A stretch of DNA of 61,964 nucleotides, counting the filler, from Perkinsus olseni (Eukaryota), in assembly GCA_013115125.1 (NCBI GenBank). It is 11 parts of 11 records of this genome, joined end to end, with 100 filler letters (N's around TTAATTAATTAA, not from the genome) between each part and the next. Parts side by side here need not be neighbours in the genome. Positions count along the whole stretch, not along the records: positions 34,144 to 39,661 come from JABANN010001181.1; positions 39,762 to 45,269 come from JABANN010001182.1; positions 45,370 to 50,870 come from JABANN010001183.1; 8 more parts are not named here. The stretch is one strand, 5' to 3'. Positions within the stretch are counted from its first letter, which is position 1. The number at the start of each line of letters is the position of its first letter. Positions 36,237 to 48,500 of the stretch are shown piece after piece. The translations under genes were made by a program, and so were the position numbers. Under the pieces are notes generated by a model. It was not told the DNA's origin. It was given only the letters and a program-made list of their open reading frames with translations, and did not search any database.

Positions 36237-39200
36237 TCACTTATGAATCTCACTGGGCCTGCGTTGCACAAGCTCGGTGTCAATATCCCTGAACTGCCTC
36301 GTCATCGGAGGGTACAAGAATGGCCTCAAATCGAATCTGTTGTCATCGGGGGAATAAGCCTCAGCGTGATATGAGGGAGTCAGAACAGTGCCTGCATGAC
36401 GAACCCATATACGCCAACAGCTACTAGTAACTCTTACACTTATGCCTGTTCCTGCAGTAGCAATTGAAGAAGTGCTTCACCTTGCCCGCAACCTCGTCCG
36501 CACTCTCATTACGACTCTCGCCCCACAAGACCCGGAGCTTGTGGAACATTTGTACGGGCCCACACCGCTCCATCTTCCGGAGTCGACCGAACCAGCCAAG
36601 TTCCTACGTCATTATTCAATAAACCATCAATCAACGAGCCGCCCGGGGCTCACGTTATAAGTCATGCCCATATCAACTTCATCAAGCTGCGCAGGTTCGC
36701 CCTCGACGGTAGGCCGCAGCTCCGCAGTAGGGGGTGCTTGGACCTTTAGGAAAGGATGCCATCCACTTCCGCTCAAGGGAACTTACGATTTCGGCGAGAG
36801 CTGGGTAGCACAGGTTGGTCGAGGCCCAGACGAGGAAGGACTTGAGATCTCCCTTGGAGATGCTGCCGATTGGATTTATGTCACCCGAAGAGCAATCATA
36901 CTTCGTGAGGTAACCACGGAGTGCCTCGTCCACATTACCTGGAGAATTGTGGATAAAATTCGTGCGGCGAGGCGAGCGGAGTACATTACCAGTTGAGAGA
37001 ACCAGCAGGTAGCCACCGCGCCTTCTGGCGTGGGGGAGTAGCTGAGCCAACATGAATGACATCACCATCCGACTCCGAGCTTGAATATTCTGCAGCGCCA
37101 AGTCCGTCGTACGGGTACCTGGACACGCTCATGCATCCTCGTCCGTTGCTTCCACAACCCACCTCCCTGAGACAGGTACTTCGGTCTGAGGTCCTCGTCA
37201 ACCTTCCCATCATCGTCTGTAATGACATAATCCGTGAAGGCCTCTTCCACGGCATCGCATATCTTATCAATCATCACAAATTTGTGATAGCTGCCCACCT
37301 GAGGATATCCGAGTTACACCATGCGCCTCTACATTCTCCGCGGAAGCAGCACCTGGTGAGCAATCCTCTCCGCTAAGTCACGTGTAGTCTGGCCTGAGTT
37401 CTTCGATGCTAGATAAGCTGTGTGAATGATGCAGTTGGCGAGCTCTTGAGAGGTCTTGGGGAGAACCTGGACAGCCACCGATGAAGGGAAAGCAGCGACC
37501 GAAGATGCGACCATGACGACGAAGTAGCCAGATCCACTGGGATGGTACACGAAGCATCCGATAATCAGCACTCCTAGCCTGTTCGGGCCACTGCTGGACT
37601 ACCTCCGATGCGGTGATTCGCTTAACGTCTGCCTCAACCTGTTTATCACCTTCAACGAGCCGCTTCATGACCAGCTGGCACATGGAACCGCAAATGGCCA
37701 GGACCTGAAGGAGCCCGGTAACGTGACGCCCCATCATGTGCTTTCACTCACACTAGCGCTGTCTGCACCACCGGAGAGGGGAATGAAGAAGCCCGAGGCG
37801 CCACTGCGGCGGAGGTAGTCCCAGAGCCAGCACGCGGGCCCTGAGGAGGATGGCCAGTAGGGCACAGCCCGGGTTCTGGTTTTACCTTGAGCAATCTCCT
37901 CCATTGCATCACAGACGATCGGTTTCACGGGAAGGTTAGCTGATATGAACCTAAACCCAAGCTCTCCACACAGACGGGCGTTCTTTGATGGGGTACTTAT
38001 TGGCGGGATCGCAGAGACGGAAGTCTGTGCAGTTGACCCTAGGTACTCGAGCGCCCGTCAACGCTGCTGCCTGGGTGCATCGCGACTTCTTACTGGCACG
38101 GTAAGAGCGGACCTGTCGACGGGCAATGGCAGAATGAACGGTTCATACGAGTGAGTACTTCCTCAAGGTCAACATTCGCAGTGATAACCTCAACTTCCTT
38201 GATAGCGAATTGCGATCCTTGAGCACGAACTTCGCCATTAACAGCGATCAATGACGAGCCATCGAAGTACCTAAAATCCACTTCCACCGTATCGACCAAT
38301 CTGGTGACGTTGCCCTGCCCCAAAAGGACCAGAAAGAGTATTACAATCGTCCGCCGTCACAGCCCATCGAGTTGGCGTAGAGGTAGACTCCTCCCGACTT
38401 CGACGTCGCACCTATGACAGAGAACCTCACACCCAGCCCGTGACGAGTAGCGTTACCGGCTATCAACTTCAGTCTAGTCTTGAGCTTCCTCAACTCATGA
38501 TGTGATCCACTACCGTTGGCGATGATGTCCACGCCATCGAGAGCCATCACTGACAGCAGAGTCATCCCTAACCCCAACACCATGCAGTAGGGGTCTTTTA
38601 CCCGTGTGGGGATTCTCAGGGGCCCACAGCTCTTCACAGGCCTCGCACCCCACAGCACAATCAGCCAACTGTACAACCCCAAAGCCGAAGGGGCACGTCT
38701 GTTGCCGGGCATCTACGACACAGCGTACGTTCAAGACTTCTACGTCGCACACAATATTCTTGTTACCAGCAGGCTGAGCGTCTTGAACTACATCGGGAAG
38801 TATCATCTCTTCGAGACCTCGCTCAATCGGCCACGGCGCGAACCACCTACACCAGTCGTGGGTACAAACCAAACCCAGAACGCCGCTAGTACCTTGACTC
38901 CCGGTAGTTACCGTCGTCAGCTAGAAGCATCTTGGGGCGTACCAAGAGTACGCGACCGCGATAAAGGAAGACTCTGCAGTTGTAACCTGTTGACTTGAAC
39001 CTGACGATGGACTCACCCATAGGCTCGCCCGTGGTAAGCAACCTCTGCCAGTATTACAAAACTGGCATGCCTATGTCCAGCAGCATGTCCAGCTCGGAAG
39101 TTGCCGTCTGAAATTCGTCAAGAATAACACCATCGAAGGACAGCATCGATGCTTCGGTTGTATTACTATGATATGTGCAAGAGACTCCCAACAATGTAGG

Positions 39201-39504
39201 AAGGTGTCTGTCTCGAGGAAGTGATCCTCGCAACCGTAGCCAGAGAGCTCGAGTTCAGGTCCAGTTCTGAGGATGACGAAGTCGTGATAACGATACTAGA
39301 AATATCCGACGGCAGAGACCTCTTGAACTAGAGCAGCGCATGGAGGAGGCGACAGCACCGCGTGACGAACACTCACCGGAACTTGGCATTTTTGTTATGG
39401 GCTATGCGAATGCTTTCGATGACCCTCCTCTCGTTGCCGTCGAAGTCGAGAGCCCATTGGTCCAGGTTGCAGGTCGCAACCACAGCCATTGCCTGACCCA
39501 CCAT
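36237..39504 (-). CDS. QNS1: Glutamine-dependent NAD(+) synthetase, many short introns
   Basis: [89 protein letters not shown] and [14 protein letters not shown] occur in the expected order. Confidence 0.95.
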
Positions 39505-40099
39505 TAGAAAACGGATATCTTAACTGTTCGTACTGGTTAGTGCTGAGCTCCGCGTGAGTGGGTTAGCCGCTAACCGTTAGCGACGCCCGATACTAGAAAC
39601 ACAACGCCAGAAGCAGTACTAGGAGAAGATGACACGAGCGTGAAATCATCAGAGTGCCTGGNNNNNNNNNNNNNNNNNNNNNNNNNNNNNNNNNNNNNNN
39701 NNNNNTTAATTAATTAANNNNNNNNNNNNNNNNNNNNNNNNNNNNNNNNNNNNNNNNNNNNCAGAGTTCAATCCTAACAATCTCTACTTTTTGATCCGAC
39801 CGTTAACCGATTCGTACGACACGACTTATCATATCGCTCGCCTGTAAAACTCATCACTATCCTTAACCACGGCTTGCCAGAGCTGGCGAGTGACGTCTCA
39901 GGGAGACCTTATGGACTGCGGTAGTATCACGGCTTGCTGGATAGGGAGAATGGCTGTTGGTTATGTGAGACAGATACGCCCGTTACTTGTTTGAGAGATT
40001 CCCACTCGACGGGTTTCGCCCGCGAAGTGACTTCGCGTTTTTTACCTTTTCGGGAAACGGCACTTTGCGTATGACGGGGGAACCTTAAATGTATTATGT

Positions 40100-40156
40100 T
40101 CCGTTCAGGTGATCGACGAGATCGTCAATGACGATCTCGTCGATCACCTGAACGGA
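40100..40156. repeat. Perfect palindrome, 28-bp arms, 1-nt loop
   Basis: TCCGTTCAGGTGATCGACGAGATCGTCA-A-TGACGATCTCGTCGATCACCTGAACGGA. Confidence 0.95.
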
Positions 40157-40254
40157 TCCGCGAATCCACGCTCCTCGTCATCCACGCGAATCCGATAGTT
40201 TTTGCCCAGCCTGTTAGGGGAGGGTATGCAAGATTTTCAGCGTTGTTTTGTCTA

Positions 40255-41730
40255 ATGGGAAGGTCTCGCAGTCAATCGAGAGACGAGGAGAGACATCGAC
40301 ATCATCGCCGTCGCAGTAGAAGTGGGGACCGTCATCGTTATAGAAGCTATGAGAGGCGATCGCGGAGTTACGGTGATGAAGAGAGAAGATCGAGAAGGAC
40401 GGAGGAGGAGGATGACGATAATCGCGATGTAGTACTGGACGGGAGGGGTCTACGGATTTGAGGGGGAAGGCTGGAATGGGAAGTTTACTGAGGTCTTCGG
40501 AATACTTGAAGCGGTTTTGTTGCAATGGAAAGCTGTATCGTTGTGCGATGGACAGTGATTAGGGGTTTAGTGGTGGGAGGAATCTTTCTGTATGTGATAG
40601 TCCGTGGTAACTTTTACGGGCGATAGAGCGGAAATCCCCTGAAAGAAATCGGAATTGCCTCATTTCGAATAATTTCATAATTCACTAATTATTACAAACG
40701 CTTGATTGAGTTGAGATCGATTTGTACATTGAAGTTTCAGTCGTAATATCATCGTCGGACGCTTCTTTATCTGGACCAGTAGTCGACACCGGGATCGTCC
40801 ACAATCTGGACGATCCGTCTGTACTCCAGATGTTTCATAATAGCCTACATAAGGCGATTGAAGGTTACAAGCTTGCAGACGAGGTGGGAGCCACCTCGCT
40901 AAGTCCCATCGAGCCTCATGGCCTCCGTTCGAGCGTCCCATCGCTCAACGGAAACCCCAAAGGGAGTGGATCAATGATCAAGGGGTTAATACGTTGTATA
41001 TCACCCAATTTTAGCTGCATTCAGTGATTGCCGATCAACGGGCAACACTGCAAGCTGCAGTGTGCAGTCTGCAGTCTGCAACGTATAGTAGCATTAGCTA
41101 GCATGGAGAAACGCTGAATATTCCTCTTCAGCAATCACAAGGCTCGCTGCTCGGGGTTGGCGACTCTGCTGACACCTACGACAATCTGGCGTACATTGTG
41201 GTGAATAAGTCTTCCGTAAACTTCAGGCGGCCAACCATAGACTCCTGATCAAATACAGCGAACCAGAGAGTGACCGAATGGCGTGGGGGCGTTCTCGGAG
41301 ATGAGATGGGCATTGGACAAGTTTCTGCAAATGACAACGGTTGTATGCACACGCAGACAGAACATGTGCATCAACCACGCTCATTGTCTCAACGGTCATG
41401 GCTCTTGTAGTGTGCGATGATGGGATCTGTTTTGGACGCGGCGACGGAAGCCTTCGTGATCGAGACCCGTGGAGCAAGCCCGCTGCGGATCTACAGGCGA
41501 AGCATGGCTCGCACCCTCTGCAGGTCGGAAGAGAAGTTCCGGATGCTGTCTTCATAACCGGCAACGCTATTATAGGTCAGACTCAGCCAGACGGAAGTCT
41601 TAGACTCCATTGGAGTCATTCCAAGCTTGGAGTACTATGATGCAGCTCGGCTACATCAACTGCTACATGCTGTGGCATGGAAACAATCTTTACAACACTA
41701 CTCTTACACGATGTGTTTCTTCGACGATGT
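40255..41730 (+). CDS. Probable multi-exon gene with an Arg/Ser-rich N-terminus; exon structure unresolved
   Basis: MGRSRSQSRDEERHRHHRRRSRS... followed by several short exon-like open frames. Confidence 0.4.
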
Positions 41731-42064
41731 GCTGTGTTCCCATTTGTTCCCGAGTCTCTTAGTTTGAGTGACACTCTCGATTAGAATGGTAGCTGAAAAT
41801 GAGAGGTTAAAATTCGGTAAAATGTCGTGCTGGGATTGCTACATGTGCTGCACATGCACATGATGTGCACCTGGCTTGCCAAAGGAGTCAATGCTCGCGC
41901 ACTTTGTTTAGGTAAGCTATCGACGTATCACACAGAGCGGTTCGCACAGAGCTCGTGAGACGAGCAGATGGAGATGAACTCGAGTTTGTTCTCTCGTTCC
42001 CGGTTGCTCTCAGTGTGGGTTGAGTTTCCCAGTTCGCTCGTGTGGGACGCAGTCGCAGTGAGAA

Positions 42065-44728
42065 ATGGTGGGAGGGAAGCAAATGCGACAGGATCACAGC
42101 AGCATCAGGCTCTCCGCTATTGTCGTGACTCAGCGTTATTATCGTGTTTCCCTACTGGCACACCCGAAAATGTCGCAAGAACACCGTATCAGCGGCAACG
42201 ACAACATCATCGAACTAACGGAATTCTACGACGCCAACCCTACGCGATCTGTAGCCGAAGACTGTGCGGTTTCGGCTCCGGAAAACCAGCTGAGCAGTGC
42301 GCCCAACGCCAAAGGTGGGTACTATCTCTTGTATCAGGGTTATTCGTTCACTCGCAACGACACCAACCACAACCCTGCTAATACTCACTACTGGCGATGC
42401 ACTGCTTTCACCAGCCCAAGCAAGTGTAGAGCCCGGCTTACTACCCTAGGAGACTACCGGCTTGGTGTAGATCATTTGATCGTGAAACCTCGACCTAAAC
42501 CAGTTCCTCATAGCTGCTCTCCATCTGCCAGCAAGAGGCAGTTGCTGTTCGAAATGTGCAAAGTGATAATGACTTCGCCTAGAGAGTCGAAAATCATGGA
42601 TGCGTACTGGAAGGTTACTAAGGAGGCTCGTGAGGAGGACATCTTGCAACTGCCAAGGAGGGAGACTACCTATGAGTGGCTCAGGCGTTTCAAGAAAGCT
42701 CATTTTGGCATTCCTGCTTCTCCCAAGCACAGAACGGGGTTCGACATTCCAGACGAGTATCAGTACGTCGTTTTTGGAGACCAGACGGACCCCGAGTCTG
42801 TGAAGTACCACACGCTGCTGTGGGACAGTGGAGCTGATGATGGGCACCGTATTATTTGCTTTTACAATCCGTGGGCTTTGGAGCACATATATGACAAGCC
42901 CGGGAGAGCTCATTTAGCCATGGATGGCACCTATAAAGTCTGTCCGAGGAATTGGGTGCAGCAGTACACAATTCTATGCATGTATCCTGGTGGCACTTTC
43001 TACCCGGTGTTCTACGCATTGCTATCAGACCACACGAAGGCTAGCTATTGTAGATTGCTTACTCGTGTCCGCGGTGTATTGCCTGACTATGCGCAGGTTG
43101 CTACCGTGGTGCTAGACTTTGAATCTGGCTCTGTACCAGCTGTACATGAGATTTTCCCAGAAGCTCGGATATCATTGTGCTATTTTCATCTATCGCAGAA
43201 CGTGTTCGAGCATCTGGCGAAGCTCATTCCGGCGATGACTCCTGTTGAGCGTCGAAGCGAGCCTCAAGTCCGGGTGGCCTTCCGTGCGTACTACAATGTG
43301 ATGGCGCTGCCATTCTTGCCTGAAGCACTCGTTTATCAAGGGTTTCTCGAAGCTGTCGGTGATCTCCCTCCGCAAGTTCGGCGGGACTTCAGCAACTACT
43401 TCATACGAACTTACCTTCAGGGTACCGAGCGCGCTCAGTTCAGTCCAGATAGGTGGAACATGCGTGAACGAGCACTCAGCGGCTTTCCAAGAACGAATAA
43501 TTCTCAAGAAGGCTTCCACCACAAATGGAATACTCTGTTCACCGCGGATGTTCCGCCGATTATCTGGACATGGATCGACGTCGTTCTGGAGAATATGAGG
43601 GAAGTTCGCAGCGACCTCATATTGCGTGTTCGAGGAGATCGTCGCAAACGCCGCCCGTATGACCGGATGAAGGATATCCAGCTGAGAGCCCTTTGCAATG
43701 AAGAAGTGGTTCAGACGGCTCTACCTGAGTGGTTCCGAAAAGCTCGTAGAATCACCAGGAAGCTTACTAAGAACGGTGTTTATCCGGAGCATTCTAGACG
43801 GCGACGCACTAATGCTTCTCCCAATGAGGATACTAGACCCTCTCAGTCCTATACGTCTTCATCAAGTTCTACGGACGGTGCCGCGGATACTGATGTCGCT
43901 CTTCCAAGCCAGAGGTCGGAATCCTCCTACCTGCCGTTAACTCAAGCGGAATTCTTCAGTACCCTTGCATCTAGTGGTATTATCTCCCAGGAGGTGCTCG
44001 ACGCGGTTGAAGATCGTATTCCACCAGCCACAGTCACTTCCAGTGGAGCTGTCCCGAATGCGGACTCATCAGATGGGAACTCTGCAGCAGATGACGCCTT
44101 ATGGGTCCAAGTAGGAGACCGCGGGGCTACAAATTACGACCGGAGGAGTTTGACAACGGAAGGTGGGACTGTTAACGTCGGCATCATCGACTTGTGGATG
44201 TTCCTGCTTTACCGTCGGTTTTCGGAGAGTATGGAGGAGCCCCAAGAGACGGCTATGGCAACTTGGGTGTTTAGAAACGGCACACCAAGACAGTTCGCCC
44301 CGGCGACGTCTACCCTGTCGACTGTACTTCAACCGCTCATCAATGGAGCTGGCCATTTTGTGGGTGCCATTCGTCACCAAGGACAGCTTTTCTACGTCGA
44401 CAGCCTCAACCTTCCCATGAACGAGACGGTCCGACAGAGTCTGAACGAGCTGTTCGGACCGAACAGAATGTACATAAGGCTTGGCGTGCAGAGGCAGGGT
44501 GCCGACGGCAATCTGTGCGGGCTCCACGTATTGGCGCACATGACGGAGCTGATGCTTTCGGAATCCACTCCATCTCAAGTGGCTGCCACGAACTTCGATG
44601 AGGGTATGATGCGTGAGCATGTATTTCGCTGTCTGAGAGATCACGAGGCTCGTCGCTTCCCAAAACTCGATATAGATTCTAGGCTTATACTACCTGAACA
44701 CTTTCCGAACTCTGTTGAAGTCGTGTAG
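42065..44728 (+). mobile_element. Mutator-like (MULE, Phantom-type) transposase, 887 aa: FLYWCH finger, DDE domain and C-terminal Ulp1/C48-like protease
   Basis: LYQGYSF...YWRC...CRARL...HSC; MDGTYKVCP, LDFE, CYFH and RTNNSQEGFH; GHFV...YVDSL...QRQGADGNLCGLHV. Terminal inverted repeats not identified. Confidence 0.9.
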
Positions 44729-45369
44729 AGTCCGATGACCATTGTGCTTCCGTTCCGCTTCAGTGAATGCGTGGTTGATTCAGTGTTCTCTAATCAATTG
44801 AAAGGTAGAGTGGTGTGCGGGACACTGGGTGGCCGTCATGGAGACTTATACCGGATGCCGCGGATACTTGAATTGCTAAAGGCTACAACGCGCAAGATGT
44901 CCTTCAGAGTCAGCACACAATACAGTGTATTGAATACACCCTACTGAGTAGGGCCTACTCAAAGTGATACAAAACCCATCCTCTAAATGTCAGCAGGAGT
45001 TTACACGGACTGCTCTCAGCAACTCGAAACACACAAGGCAACGCAACGCAACGCATGAAACCGTCAAAAGCAATAACACTCGAAAATGTAAAAAAGTATC
45101 CGTTTTATAAAGATGTTCGCGCCCAGAATTGAACCTGAGTGCTCCGCGAAGCAACACGAAGCTCCCCCGCCACACCAATTACACTTTACTTCTGGCTCAA
45201 CCTCGCTGCGCGAGGTTGTCCGAACCTTTTTGTGGCGCGCGACGATTTGTACGTACAGATGTGGATACGNNNNNNNNNNNNNNNNNNNNNNNNNNNNNNN
45301 NNNNNNNNNNNNNTTAATTAATTAANNNNNNNNNNNNNNNNNNNNNNNNNNNNNNNNNNNNNNNNNNNN

Positions 45370-45490
45370 TAGTAGTCGTGGTCGTCGTGGTCGTAGTGGT
45401 CGTAGTGGTCGTAGTGGTTGTAGTAGTCGTGGTCGTCGTGGTCGTAGTGGTCGTCGTGGTTGTAGTAGTCGTGGTCGTCGTGGTCGTAGT
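45370..45490. repeat. (GTN)n / (ACN)n trinucleotide tract on the 3' side of the LINE
   Basis: Continuous GTA/GTC/GTG/GTT triplets. Confidence 0.95.
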
Positions 45491-45596
45491 TTTTGTTTTG
45501 TTTTGTTAGTGAGGCTCTAGTGCGATATTTCCTGCCAATCGGCAGTATGACCGCTCGCCTCGCACCCGTGGGTGCTAGGTGATCAGATGCTCCCTC

Positions 45597-48500
45597 TCAG
45601 TGCCTCCGGGACTGGCCCCCCCCCGAGGACCAGTCCGGTGCCACGAGACGTAGGAACTTGATCATCTTCCAGAAGCCGTCTCCACAGATACTCTCTCGAA
45701 TCAGCCTCATCCCTTGCACTGTGGGTGTGTCCCTGGACCATCTCCCATCGGGGATCCGCCTCCGGAAGGCGGCCCACCTCGCCTTTCTCATTTCTCGAGA
45801 CTCGCACCAGCACCAATGAACCAATGTCTCCTTGTGTTTGCCACAATGCCTACAGGTCATTGGCTGGTTTCCGTACTCCTTGCTTCTTCCCCTATAGCCC
45901 CTGGTATTGCTGTGGTAGCTCAGCAGCTCCCAAACCTTCCTCCTGGGGCCTCTCCTAGCCCTTAAACACCTCCTAGTTATGGTATTCAGTTGCTCCCGGC
46001 CATACGTAAGGCCAATCCTATTGCACGCTAAGCCTCTGGCCTTTTTCTCCCATCTCTCTTCCAGCTCCACCTCCGCTCTTTGTCGGATCTCCCTCGCAGT
46101 GAAGTCGCAGGGGGTTGGCACTGAGCACATGCGTACGTTCCCTGCCTCTCCCCTCCGGCCAATGGCTGCCGCTAGATCTGAGGCTTCATTCCCTGGATCC
46201 CCTGCATGCCCTCGCGTCCATGCAATGCATACCCTTATGCTGGCCGCCGTCAGCTCTTCCACGAGAGATCTTATCGACCTTATCAGCTCCGTCTCCTTGC
46301 TACCACCTATCGATTGGATGGCAGACCTCGAATCCAAGCAGATCTTGATGGCCTTTACTCCGTCTCCCCTTTCTCCTCCTTGATCAACTACTTCCTTGCT
46401 CCACTGTAGGCCTTTCAAAACTCCCAATTGCTCCGCCTGGCATATGTTTGCCGGACCGTCTATTTTGAACGGTCTGAAATCCTCTAGCCAGCCCGATGCG
46501 TCGTACTTGTTATGTATGACCTTAACGACAGCCGAGCCCACCTCCATCCTGGTTTTGCTCAACGCTAGCAGTGAGCCATCACTATAGTAAGTGAGAGTGC
46601 CGGGGGTTCCCTCATCGCGTTCGATCCCTTCTGGTGCCAGCCGAAGATCCCTCGGTGGGTCCCAATCCCTCCCAATTTGGCGCTCTTTCGGGCCTTCAGG
46701 GTTCGAGACCCCCCATTTCTTCAGAAGTTTGGCGATCCAACCCGGACATTCCGTGTCGTTGGCGTGCAGCCAGTATTTGGCTGTCCTACGTCTGGCTTCC
46801 CACCATATGGGGCGGGCTACAGTGGATGCCACTTTCGCCATGAGCTCCGTGGGAGTTGCCCTAACACATCCCATCAACATTCGTCCAAGACAGGCCTCCA
46901 GTCTTGTACATTTATCCTGAAACCATTTAAGATCCGAAGCTGGTGCCCATATCTCCACCGAGTAGAGCAGGGTTGATACCACCGATTGCTTCCACGTCTT
47001 CAGGAGTACCTCAGGGCTTGCTCCCCAGTCGGCCCCCGCCAGTCTTCTGCACCTCGCCACTAACGCTCCCGCCTTTGTCAGGGCCCTGCTGGCGTGGTTT
47101 CTCCAGTTTTTGGAAATCCATACCCCCAGCCATTTCATTTCCCTCTTCAGGTGTACCACTTCCTCTGGTCGTTCCCTGCTGAGCTCCTCTCGGAGAAGCT
47201 CCCCCGTATCGTCCGTTAAGCACAGTATCTCGTGCTTTTCTGGATCGGTTGCCATGTCAGCCCTTTTCGCCCACGACTCGACCGAATCGGTCGACTGTGA
47301 GATCCCTCTGGACAGAGTTACTACATCCAGTGCCCGGATTATCGCCAGGGCGTCGTCAGCGAATATCCTCGGCTCCACTGTGAGAACCAGTCTCCCTCCT
47401 GCGCGAACCTCGTGGCGTAAGGATTTCTCCAGACTATACGTCCCTATGCTGAAGATACATGGTGAGAGGGATCCCCCCTGCGTGATGCCCCTCGTTCTCA
47501 CTCTGCTGGACCCGTCCAGGACCACCTTGTTATCGGCCAGGTAGCTCTCTATGTACTCTCCCCAGGCCGCTGATGATGTTGCCTTGATCACCGACTCCTT
47601 CAAGTGGGCATGTGACACGTGGTCGAAAGCCGATTTCAGATCCCAGGTGCATAGGGCCGTCTTGAGCCCATCCTTGTCCTTGTTATGTACTACTCTGGCC
47701 ACGGCTTCCAGTGCCGTGGAGCAGCTGCGAGACCTCGTGAACCCATGGACTCCTCTTGGCGGTGTCGTCCTAGCGGATATGCGGTTCTTCAGTAGAACCT
47801 CTATCGCTTTAGCCGTTGTTGCCGTGAGGGATACTGGCCGGACTGCCCGAGGGCCTACCCCTCGTCCTTTATCCAATAACACCCAGTCTGCCCTTTTAAA
47901 GGGCATTGGGTGGTGCCCCCAATCTAGGCAGGACTCGACAAGCTTCGTGAACTGGATCCTCCAGCGGCATTCCGGATGCTCCATAGCTCTAACCACATGC
48001 TCGTAGGACGCCCCATCCCACCCCGGAGCTTTATTGCGTTTTCCCTTGATTTGCTTAAGCATCCTTTCCAGTTCCGCGGCTTGAATCTCCCCTCCCAATG
48101 GTCCTAGAAGGGATGGGCATCTAGTCCTGACCACTGTGGTGCTCGGCCTGTTGTCCTCTCCTATATAGTAGGAGAGTACAGCTTCCTTGTCGTATTCGGT
48201 CCTGGGCGTGTGCTTGTACTTGAGGAATTTGCTCGCCTCTCGTTCCGTGATTTCCGACATCCCCCTTTTGAAGCCCTGCCCCTTCGCTCTTGCGATTGCC
48301 TTGTTGTAGTCCTTGCGGGCTTGTTTCGCCTCCTCTCTGGCGCCCGCATCCGGCGCTCCCGTCCGGTGAGCCACCCTTAGGGATCTCTGTGCCTTCTTCA
48401 GTTTCTTCCGAAGCTGGTCCAACTCCCTAGTCCACCAGCTGGCCGTTGGGCGAGTTTTGCCCGCGGCTTTATTCTTCGGCGTCGAGACGACTAGGGCTTT

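Noticed and set aside
41750-45269. Terminal inverted repeats of the MULE
   Set aside because: Only weak similarity by eye; the right end may lie beyond the contig.
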